From Candidatus Saccharimonadota bacterium (GTDB lineage Bacteria; Patescibacteriota; Gracilibacteria; Absconditabacterales; Absconditicoccaceae), in NCBI GenBank assembly GCA_965231145.1, contig OZ246420.1:210001-242000 (forward strand): a DNA stretch of 32,000 nt, written 5' to 3'. The notes below the pieces were generated by a model that did not search any database, was not told where the DNA came from, and saw nothing but the letters and a program-made list of their open reading frames with translations. Position numbers and translations under genes: made by a program. This document shows positions 11,000 to 20,295 of this stretch, piece after piece (within the stretch, counting starts at the first letter, position 1; every line of letters starts with the position of its first letter).

Positions 11000-11024
11000 A
11001 AAACGCCCCTACGGGCGTTTTTTT
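10998..11024. terminator. Bidirectional rho-independent terminator (Na/Pi transporter on plus, pth on minus)
   Basis: ACGCCC (11003-11008) pairs with GGGCGT (11013-11018), loop CTAC, flanked by an A-run and T7. Confidence 0.85.
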
Positions 11025-11553
11025 ACTGAAGAAAATCGTATATCATGTCGAAGACGGTTTGTTCTTTTTCTTCTATGGCTTTTCGTTCCGTCTTCGAGAA
11101 CTCATGGAGCACATAGTCGACGACTTCGTCCTTTGTAGCTGGGCGGCCAACCCCAATGCGAATACGTGAAAATGTATTTGTGCCGAGATGAGCGATTAAG
11201 CTTTTCAATCCATTATGCCCCGCATGGCCGCCTCCCACCTTGAGCTGGATGAGTGCAGAGGCGATATCTATCTCGTCATGGAGGACAAGGATATCTTCAG
11301 GCTTAATCTTATAGAACTTCGCTATTTTCCCAACCGTCTCGCCAGAGTTATTCATGTAGGTGAGTGGCTTACAAAGTAGTATTTCTCATCCCTCATCCCT
11401 TATCCCTTTTGCGATCTCAGCATTCCATTCTTTATTCTTTGTCCATTTCATCTTCTCCCACTTCGCAAATGCATCCAGCATCAAAAAGCCCGCATTGTGG
11501 CGGGTATTTTCATACTTATCTCCTGGGTTTCATAATCCGACGATTAATTTCAT
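11023..11553 (-). CDS. pth: Peptidyl-tRNA hydrolase (176 aa)
   Basis: The N-terminus [23 protein letters not shown] appears only when TGA (11530-11532) is read as Gly. The C-terminal part is ORF-track 11023..11355 (YMNNSGETV...HAGHNGLKS). A second TGA lies at 11386-11388. The gene ends TAA. Confidence 0.93.
11386..11406 (+). repeat. Tandem heptamers TCATCCC TCATCCC TTATCCC inside pth
   Basis: Read directly. The array is 21 nt and in frame, encoding G-I-R-D-E-G-G on the minus strand. The first TCA is the complement of a TGA-Gly codon. Confidence 0.8.
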
Positions 11554-11557
11554 GTTC

Positions 11558-12199
11558 TTATATATATTTTTTAAGATGCTTATTAAAAGTCTTCATGGAT
11601 TCGCTTGTCTCGCTGAGATCAAATTCTGCATCAAAAGTTCGACCTATTTCTTTTCGACATGCTAGTCCCTCTTTGAAAGAACATAGTGTAAGTATATCCG
11701 ATGCTTTAAGTATTTTAGTGGTGATAAGCTTATTTATTTTATGTTCTTTACAATACTTTTCTTTAAGAGTCTGGACCTTAATGCTTTTATGTAAGCCATT
11801 ATATCCCAATAAAGGTCATACAATATATCAGAACTCAATCGCATCATCACTTCTTGAACATTTAGAAGTGAGTATTTTATAGGATAGTTTTCTGGCTATT
11901 TTAATTTGAGCATTGAAGCACAATGTTCTTATTCATTGATTTTGTAGCTCTTTCGGAAGAAAAAAACCATCAGTAAATAACTCTAATCAGTTTTTACAAA
12001 ATATATAAACTATGACAAGATTGTCTGGTTCGTTCTTGCCATTTGAAGCCTTTATGACAACTCATTCAGGAGCATTCTCCTTAAATCGAAATGTCAATTT
12101 ATGCTCTCTCATAAATTCTTTTGATACAAAAAGAGAGTAGAGATCCTGCTGAGAAATTCATAAATTTTTTATGATCTTTTCCTGCTCTTTTGTAAGCAT
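11558..12199 (-). CDS. Hypothetical protein (213 aa), TGA-rich, between infB and pth
   Basis: ATG at 12199, 3 nt after the infB stop. The frame is open to TAA (11558-11560) with six in-frame TGAs. The standard-code track shows only an 83-aa TTG-started remnant (11558..11809). I recognise no motif with confidence. Confidence 0.55.
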
Positions 12200-12202
12200 A
12201 TA

Positions 12203-14635
12203 TTACTCCATAACATAAAACTCAAGTACATCTCCTTCGTTGATCTTTTTTCAAACTCTTACTTTCATACCACACTCGTAACCGACAGCGACTCTGTCCA
12301 CGTTCTCTTGCTCACGCTTGAGAGAGGTGATCTTACCTGTGGTGAAGATCTCTGCTTCTTCTCCTTCTCCACGCATAATCTTAAATTGCGCTCCGTTTCT
12401 CACTTCACCATCGATAACTTTTCCTCCGATAATCATCTCTTTTTCTTTCTTGTAGAAGATACCAAGCACATTGAGCTTTCCGATGTATACTTCTTTCTGT
12501 TCAATAACAACCATACCTTTAAGGACTTGTTCTACATAGTCTGTAAGCTCATAGATGATATCAAAGTTCTTCATGGTAAGCTTCATCTGGTCAGCTTTTT
12601 TGAGAAGACCTGCATTGAGAGAGATGTTGAAACCAAGGAGGAGTCCTTGTGAAGCCTGCGCAAGAGCGATATCGCTTTCTCCGAAATTACCAACGTCCGC
12701 ATGAACGATCTTGATAGAAAGATTTTCAGGACAGACGATGCTCTGGAGAGCAAACTTTCCTGCTTCAAGAGAACCGAAAGAGTCTGCCTTGATGATGATA
12801 TTGAGTTGTACTGTATCTCCTGATTGGATCTTCGACATAAGCTGAGAAAGAGCCGAATCATTTTGATTTCATATGTCTTTATCTTTGATCTGTGCAATTT
12901 TTGCTTGCGCATCGCGCTCGCTATCTACGACTTCTGCTACACGTCCTGCTTCTGGAACTTCGCTGAGACCGAGGATCATAACTGGATCTCCACCTTCTAC
13001 GTGCTTCGTCTCTTTTCCTGTCCAGTCGAGCATCTTCTTCACCTTTCCGTAGATGTTGTGTACCATGATGATATCACCAACATTCAGCTTACCAGTGAGG
13101 AGGAGGATTGTTGTGAGTACTCCTTGCTTGCTGTCTTTTGTCGCTTCAAGAACAACACCGACTCCATTTTTCGTTGGGTTATATGCGAGTTCGAGCATTT
13201 CTGCTTGAAGGACAATCATGTCGAGAAGGTCGTTGATACCTTGCCCAGTTACTGACGACACTGGGATAAGTGGCACATTTCCTCCCCAGTCTTCTGGAGT
13301 AAGTCAGTGCTCAGCAAGCTGACTCTTAATATGATCAAGATTGTTGATTCCCTTATCTGCTTTAGTAATAGCAACGATGATTGGTACGCCTGCGTCTTTT
13401 GCGTGGCTGATAGCTTCAACAGTCTGTTGTTTTACACCGTCATCGGCAGCCACTACGATAATTACCAGGTTAGTAATCTTAGCTCCGCGTGCACGAAGTG
13501 ACGTAAAGAGCTGATGACCTGGAGTGTCGATGAACGTAATCTTGTCGCCATTGTAGACGATCTGAGAAGCTCCAATAGACTGCGTGATACCTCCTGCTTC
13601 ACCACTTACCACATTTGTTTTTCTGAGATAGTCGAGAAGCTTTGTCTTACCATGGTCAACGTGTCCCATGATAGTCACCACAGGAGGTCTCTTGATCTTG
13701 TTTTCTGCTTCCTTGTCTGCCTCGAGGATAGCGCTGATATTTCCTTCAAGCATATCGTCGACAGAGATACTTGTTGTCTCTTTTTTCACTTTTACGCCGA
13801 ATTCTTCACCGATGATATTTGCAGTATCAAAGTCGATTGAAGAGTTGATATTTACCATAATCTTGTTTTGCAAAAACTTCTTCATGAGATCCATAAACGG
13901 AACTCCCATCTTTTCAGAAAACTCTTTTACGGTAATGCGGTCTCCAATAACGATCTCTTGTTTCTTCACGAGATTTCCTGAGACACTTGCTTCTTTCTGT
14001 ACTTTTGGTTGTGCAGGAACAGCGCTGTGTGCTGGCTGAGTAGCGCGAGCAGCAGGATTTCTTCTTTCGTCGGGTCTCGCTTTATGAGTTCCTTTTGAAA
14101 ATGATGTATTTGAAAATGTATGAAAGGTTTTGCCAGCGCTTTCTGATTTTTGCTGTGGATGTCTTTCAAATGTTTTTACCTCAGCAGCGGGTTGGTCTCC
14201 CTTCGTTTCTTTCTTTACAAAAGGTTTCTTTGGTTCTCTCACAGGAGCAGAGATGATAACTCTCGCATTTCCAAAAGAGACTTTTATCTCTTCGGTTGCA
14301 GGTTCATCTTTAGGCTTGCTATCGCCGATGTTTGATTCATCTTCCTTCTCTTCTTCTTTTGCAGAAGCGTTCTTAGGTCAAAATCCTAGTCATGAAAGAA
14401 AGTCGTCTCCGCCAAAAAGCTCGTCAGATTTGAGTACTTTCGAGTCATCCTTGTCTTTGTTCGTGGGGGTAGATTTTACCTTACCCTTAAGCTCTTTCTC
14501 TATAAGAGCCCATTCCTCATCTTTGAGATTGACAGCTCTTGCGGTAAGCGTTTTTCCCACAGTCTTCTTATAAGCGGCTCCAATATCTTCTCTTGATACC
14601 TGAAAATCGTTGATAATATCTTGAATTTTTGGCAT
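12203..14635 (-). CDS. infB: Translation initiation factor IF-2 (810 aa)
   Basis: Four ORF-track pieces (12251..12838, 12869..13276, 13304..14242, 14390..14635) lie in one frame, joined by TGA. The GTPase motifs [13 protein letters not shown] and the NKxD-equivalent TKAD are present. The segment [11 protein letters not shown] has TGA at 13304-13306. The C-terminus [27 protein letters not shown] ends at TAA 12203-12205. Confidence 0.95.
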
Positions 14636-14754
14636 AGAACAAAAAAATCACTAACTAAATAGAGTATAGCGAATGTATATGATTTTCAGGGGTGAATACA
14701 AGCGAGATTTAGCGTTGCATCAGTGTTTCCAATCAGTATAGTTTCATTAGATTT

Positions 14755-16542
14755 ATGAGACATATATTTTCTATGCATTTCACTGGTATCACATATCTTG
14801 ACGACCATCTTTCTTTTGTTGCTCAGCGCCTTCCTGGAGAGCAGCTTTTTGTCGTAGGATGAGCGGTTCGTGATATCATTCTTGGTGTTAACATGACGCC
14901 TCAAGATGTCGATATGACTCTTGCAGCAGACCCTGCTCATATTTTTCATACATTGGAAAAAGCAAAAACGGAGGACACATCAGTTTTCTGGACGGAGAAA
15001 TTTGGGACGGTGACACTTATTAACTGAAAGAGCAAAGAGCAAAGAGCAGAATTAAATAACGAGGAATCAGAAATAATCCAAAATCAAGAAACGTGAACTC
15101 AATATATTTATGAGATGACTCCTTTTCGTGAGGAGAGTGGTTATGCAGACAATCGTCATCCAGACTCTATTAAGCGATCTCAGTCACTTATTGCAGATGC
15201 GAAGCGCAGAGATTTTACCATCAATTGCATCTACTATTCTAAATTTGAACTTCTAGATTCTCAATTAAATAAGGAAGCATCATTGACTAGCAACCAGCAG
15301 CTAGCAACTAGCGACAAAGTATGATATGACCTTGATCTATTGAGTAAAAAAGGTTGGTCTTATATACAAGAAATATCATTATTCATTTTACAAAAACATG
15401 AACTCATAGATGAGTTCTTTGCCGGAGGCAAATTTCAGGAAGAAGTATTTCGTTCGTGGGTAGAGAAAAATGATATGAATGTCTGAGCAGAAGTTCGTTT
15501 TATTGTAGATCCATTTTTGTGAATACAGGATTTGATGAACGGAACGCTTCGCTGTGTGGGAGAACCAGAACATAGATTTCATGAGGATGCATTACGCATT
15601 CTTCGCGGAGTAAGACTTGTGAATATCCTCAATCAGAAAATAGTTGGAAGAAATATTGATTTTGAGAAAGAGACATGGAGGTCGATGCAGAAACTCTCGC
15701 ATTTAGTTTCGTGACTTGCGAAAGAGCGTTTGCATCAGGAGATAGTGAAAGTGTTTACAGAGAAAAATCCATTTGGATGGGTTGCGTTGATTGATGAGCT
15801 TGGATTGCTGCCAGTGCTTTTTCCTGCATTACATAAGAATAAACATGATGATCAGCCGGTTCGTTATCATCCTTTTGATACGTATGCCCATACGTTACTC
15901 ACTCTCCGGCATTTGCAGAAACTCAACGATAATTACCTTGTGAAGCTTGGTATGCTCTATCATGATGTTGGAAAGAAAGATCAGTATGCAGAGTATGCAA
16001 AGGCAACAACGAAAGAAGAGATGCAGGAAATTCATAGTAGCCCAGCAAATCATGTGATATGTGGACCGATCTATGCGGAAGAGGATTTCCGTGCGTTAGG
16101 TTTTTCAAATAAGGAGATAGAAGAAATCGCGCTCTATGTTGCCCAGCATATGAGGCCATGACAGATTCTTATGGCACGCTCAGATAACCAGATCAAGAGA
16201 ATGCGTCAAATGTTGTCAGAACTCGGTTATGAGAAAGCGAAAAATCTGCTGGATATCACACTTGCGGATAGACAGTGACAGTTCAATCCACTCCAATCAA
16301 ATGAAGTCAATGCTGTTTCGTGACTCTATGAAATACTTGAGAAGCTTCACAATGAAGAAGGACAGTTTACAATGCATGATCTTGCGATCGATGGTAATGA
16401 TGTTATGGAGGTGTTGAAGATGGAGCCAGGACCTGAGGTGAAGAAAAAATTGCAGATGGCATTTGATCGGGTGTTGTCAGATATCGCACAGAGAAATAAC
16501 AAAGAGACTATACTCGCTCATTTACATTCGCTTGATAACTAA
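14755..16542 (+). CDS. cca: CCA-adding enzyme / tRNA nucleotidyltransferase with an HD domain and large lineage-specific insertions (595 aa)
   Basis: Motifs seen: LFVVG-G-AVRD (TGA 14860-14862), DVDM, RRDFTIN, EDALRILRGVR, and the HD motif YHPFD...HDVGK. About ten in-frame TGAs join pieces 15115.., 15532.. and 15730... The gene ends TAA 16540-16542. An alternative start is ATG 14773. Confidence 0.88.
15027..15047 (+). repeat. Three perfect tandem heptamers AAAGAGC inside cca
   Basis: Read directly. The array is 21 nt, encodes KSKEQRA, and lies within a segment that looks inserted between the FGT and E-x-T-x-F-R parts of the head domain. Confidence 0.9.
15286..15313 (+). repeat. Four tandem heptamers ACTAGCA ACCAGCA GCTAGCA ACTAGCG inside cca
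   Basis: Read directly. It shares GCAACTAGC with the hairpin elements at 23609 and 28981. It encodes TSNQQLATS within the ~95-aa insertion between RRDFTIN and DPF-x-G. Confidence 0.85.
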
Positions 16543-16551
16543 ACGCACGTT

Positions 16552-19116
16552 ATGAAAACGAAAAAAATGAATACAAAAAGAAGTATGCTTCTTGACCGGG
16601 TAGTCTGACAGGTTCGTGAGCTTTGATATCTTATCAAGCAAGCCGTGCTTTACTCTCCATGGTATGGAAGAACACTGCTCATGATGGCAGTTTTTCTTGC
16701 ATTCATGAAACTCTTGCTCATGCATAGTGCATATGGGGCGGTATTGTTGACAGACAGTGTTTCAGGAACGCTTATTAACTATGTGAGCATCCTCGCAAGT
16801 GACTTCATGATTGTCGGACTTGTATTTGTTGGTGCGTTTCTCAATGCAATGTATCGTAATCGTACGCTCAGATGGGTTATCAACGTCATATCATTGCTTC
16901 TTATGCTCTTGTATGTGAGTGATATGTTCTCGATCTACTACTTCCAGAGCAGGTTCTATATGCTTGATCTGCTGCAGTTTTTCTCATTTAAAAATAGCGT
17001 TACTTATGTTATATATCCGTTTATCCGGGCGCTTTTCTTTGTTGCCATCCTTTTCATTTTCTTTCTACTCGTGCAAAGATGGTTTCCTGTCATACGTAAA
17101 AAGAATATGCACCTGAGGGCGGCACTTGTGTTCTTCGGTATCTGTGTTTTTTTTAGTATGGTAAATGTACTGAGTTCTACTGATTTTCACTTCCGCGATA
17201 ATGTATTGTCTATAAATCTTCAGGAGCTTGGAGCAAGGATAGTCGCGGGCAATCTTTCAGGACCGGTAGGAAAACCTTACGAGGATTATTATATGCCTTT
17301 TGCATGACAGAGAAAAAAATGAGATGTGATCGTTATCTTTGTTGAGTCATTTTCTGTTGTTGATTCTCAGAGGGTGGGCAAGATGCATAATTATCTTTCT
17401 GGTTTTGATGCGATCGCGGCTGACGGACTGACCTATACAAATTTTATTGCCAATGGATGTACATCAGATACTGCACACATAGCGGTACTTCAGGGTGTAG
17501 AGCCTTGGGAGACAAACGAAGCATCGTCGGATACATATAAAACCTATAAAACATATACATCAAGTCTTCCATCATTTTTCAATTCGCTCGGTTATCGTTC
17601 TGTCTTCCTCAGTACAGCGCCGCTTACATTTCTTCGTCAGAGGGATTTCCTTGTTGGAACAAAATTTTCTACGATCGTGGGAGAAGAGGCATTTACGAAA
17701 GAAAAAAAATATGTGTTTGATGCAGCGCCGGACTCAGTGCTTTACCAAAAAGCACTTTCAACTCTCCATGGACAAAGAGAGGATCAGCCTCTTTTTCTTG
17801 TTATGCAAACGATTTCTTCGCACAAACCATATAGTTCACCAGCTGGAAACTCAGAACGCGCAGCGTTCGCATATTCTGATGCTGAGCTCAAGAAATTCTA
17901 TGATCAACTAAAGAAAGAATGATTTTTCGAACACGGGACGCTTATTGTCGTTAGTGATCATAGAAAGATGGAACCACTTGAGCGTGAAGAGTTTCAGAAA
18001 TATGGCGCAAGTGCAAATGGTAGAGCCGTGATGGCTATGGTCTGACCTGGTATAAAGCCGGGTAGCTATAGTGACGCTATTGTACAGCATTCGGACATAT
18101 TTTCATCTCTTAAGTACTGGTATGCAACAGGTCAGGTAACGCTCAATAGTCGTTTCAATGATCTCTTAGAAAAGTATACAGGAAGGAACCAAGCTATACG
18201 TTACTGTCAGTATGTCGAAAGACAGTATGTCGCGACAGATAGGGATAATCGTACCTGGACTATTACTCCAGGAACAGACAAGCTCAATCTTGCATATATA
18301 AATGCCTACAAGATGTTCCAAAATTTTACTGGAACGCAGACGCTGGAAAGCAAGGAAATTGCTGATCTGAAAAAAAAGCTTGGATTGACCATTATTGGGC
18401 ATCAGGGAGCACCTATGCTTGAAGCCCCTAGCTCATACTCAAGTTTTAAGCGTGCGAAAGAACAGGGAGCGGATGGTATCGAGTTCGATCTGTCAACAAC
18501 GAAGGACGGCTACAATGTCGTGATGCATGGTCCGGATATGGGTCGCACGAAGTGTACAAACAGCACATGAAAGATACATATACGTGATTATACGCTAAAA
18601 GAACTGAAAGATAACTGCCTGATGTACAACGGCGAACCTGTTCTTACCTATGCAGAGGTTCTCCAGAAGACACAGTGATGGTTCAAATACTATTTTACGG
18701 ACATTAAGGTCTATGATCCTACACAGACGAAACAACAGTTTCAGGATGTCTTCCAAGTAGTAAAAGAGCTTGGAGTCCAGGATGTAGCGATTCTTTCGAC
18801 ATACGATATGACGGGAAACATCCTGCTTCGCGAACAGGGAAATCGCTATACTATAGCGCTTGATACCTATACTCCCCAGGATCATCTTATGATGAAAACA
18901 GAGCCATATAAGTACTTTATGCTTCCGTTTTCGTCGTATACATGATCTATCATTTCTGCCGTTCGTGATATGAAGAAGGAAGTTGTAACCTACACTATCA
19001 ACACCTCTGCAGATATGCAAAAAGCGTATGATATGGGCATAAGAGTCGTTTTGACTGATAATATCCCGATGATTATCGAATGGATGAGGGCTTACGCTCA
19101 GCAAAAGGCGAAATAG
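16552..19116 (+). CDS. Fusion protein: polytopic membrane N-terminus, LtaS-like sulfatase-superfamily domain, and C-terminal GDPD-like domain (854 aa)
   Basis: ATG 16552, 9 nt after the cca stop. Pieces 16645..17307, 17326..17922 and 18313..18570 share one frame, which stays open through TGAs to TAG 19114-19116. LtaS-like motifs are VIVIFVESFS, NGCTSDTAH, SSHKPY and VVSDH. GDPD-like motifs are IIGHQGAP, GADGIEFDL and DGYNVVMHGPD. Confidence 0.8.
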
Positions 19117-19244
19117 TAGTTGTACTTATCCTCTTATTCATTAATCTTGATGCTATACTCTATGGATAGAGATACTAGACAGAGATAGAGGTAATATCTT
19201 ATACAGTACAAAATTATATTTAGAATTTAAAATAGGTTGAGAAA

Positions 19245-19631
19245 ATGGTTAACATATTTGAGCGTATTATAGCACGTGAGATACCGGCAAAGATCGTCTA
19301 TGAAGATGAGAAAGTGCTAGCATTTCTTGATATCAACCCCGTACAGAAGTGACATATGTTGCTTATTACAAAACAGCCATATCAGTGGATACAGGATGTC
19401 GATGATGAGACGCTGGCATATACATTTGTTATCGCAAAGAAGCTGATTCGTCATATCAAAGAAAAGCTTGGAGTAGAATATGTGCACGTAGTGGTCGAAT
19501 GAGTCCAAGTGCCCCATTTCCATGTGCATCTTATACCATCGATGATAGAGCATAAAAATGCTCAATGGGAGCATCATGCGTACGAAGAAGGCGAAATGGA
19601 GGTTTATCAACAAAAATTATTATTCGGATAA
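19245..19631 (+). CDS. HIT-family (histidine triad) hydrolase (128 aa)
   Basis: FERIIAREIPAKIVYEDEKVLAFLDINPVQK-G-HMLLI (TGA 19350-19352) and VE-G-VQVPHFHVHLIP (TGA 19500-19502) match the HIT fold and the H-x-H-x-H triad. The gene ends TAA 19629-19631. No ORF of 60 aa or more is visible under the standard code. Confidence 0.9.
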
Positions 19632-19633
19632 TA

Positions 19634-19703
19634 ATGAGGAGTGTTGAATGTTAAATGATACATACAATATTGTACTCTTCATTCAACATTTCACATTTAA
19701 AAT
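19634..19703. repeat. Heptamer-phased imperfect palindrome downstream of the HIT gene
   Basis: The left arm is ATGAGGA GTGTTGA ATGTTAA ATGATAC. The core is the perfect palindrome TACAATATTGTA (19663-19674). The right arm is TCTTCAT TCAACAT TTCACAT TTAAAAT. The best stem, TGTTGAATG (19642-19650) with CATTCAACA (19680-19688), is displaced by exactly 7 nt from the core symmetry axis. Confidence 0.8.
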
Positions 19704-19730
19704 TATTTTTTAGTAAGTAAGTGTATTAAG

Positions 19731-20183
19731 ATGTCAAATAAAGTAGAAGTTGTATTGCTGATGAGTGTGAAGTGACTTGGTAATAAAGGTGATATACTCT
19801 CTGTCGCTGTTCCATATGCGAAGAATGTGCTTTTTGCACAGGGTAAAGCAAAGCCGGCAGATAAGCAGGCTATCGCAGAGATGCAACAGAAGAAAGATAA
19901 GATAAAAAAAGAAGAAGGAGAAGCATCTGCGACATTTGATGCGATCGCGCAGCGATCGTCTGCAGGTGGATCTCTCAAGATCCAAAAGAAATCAACGCCA
20001 CAGTGACACCTCTACGAAAAGGTGTCAGTCAGAGAGATCCAACAAGCTCTCAATGCCGCAGCTGATGTGAAGATGGATGTCTCGTGGATCGTTATGCCAC
20101 AGAAAATTGATTCGATAGGAGAAACATCAGTTACCGTCGTTTATAAAGGCAAAAAAACTACACTATCTCTTACTATCTTGTAG
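19731..20183 (+). CDS. rplI: Ribosomal protein L9 (150 aa)
   Basis: MSNKVEVVLLMSVK-G-LGNKGDILSVAVPYAKNVLF matches the L9 N-terminal domain, with TGA 19773-19775 at the conserved Gly. A second TGA lies in the linker and C-terminal part. The gene ends TAG 20181-20183. Confidence 0.88.
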
Positions 20184-20241
20184 TAGTTAGATGGTAGATT
20201 TTAGATCTTGGCAGGGCGCTATAATCTAGCATCTATAATCT
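20181..20241. repeat. Heptamer-phased imperfect palindrome starting at the rplI stop codon
   Basis: The left arm is TAGTAGT TAGATGG TAGATTT TAGATCT (20181-20208). The spacer is TGGCAGGGCGCT. The right arm is ATAATCT AGCATCT ATAATCT (20221-20241). The arms are AGATnnT versus AnnATCT. Confidence 0.8.
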
Positions 20242-20295
20242 CATTGCTTGTTATGTGTGATTATTATATGAGTTTTAATTTCTGTATTAGTTTGT

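Noticed and set aside
18595-19104. Long minus-strand ORF (169 aa) in the track. Similar antisense ORFs lie at 5664..6116, 6253..6717, 9331..9660, 10517..10963, 13514..14039, 14686..14949, 20241..20459, 20842..21333, 24491..25045 and 25711..26145.
   Set aside because: Each lies entirely antisense to a well-supported conserved gene. Each has Cys/Ser/Leu/Ile-rich composition typical of shadow ORFs in AT-rich DNA and carries no recognisable motif.
19165-19192. GATAGAGATACTAGACAGAGATAGAGG low-complexity stretch upstream of the HIT gene as another heptamer element.
   Set aside because: The TAGA anchors are spaced 9 and 10 nt apart, not 7, and there is no complementary arm. It is probably just purine-rich leader sequence downstream of a possible extended -10 (TGCTATACT, 19151-19159).
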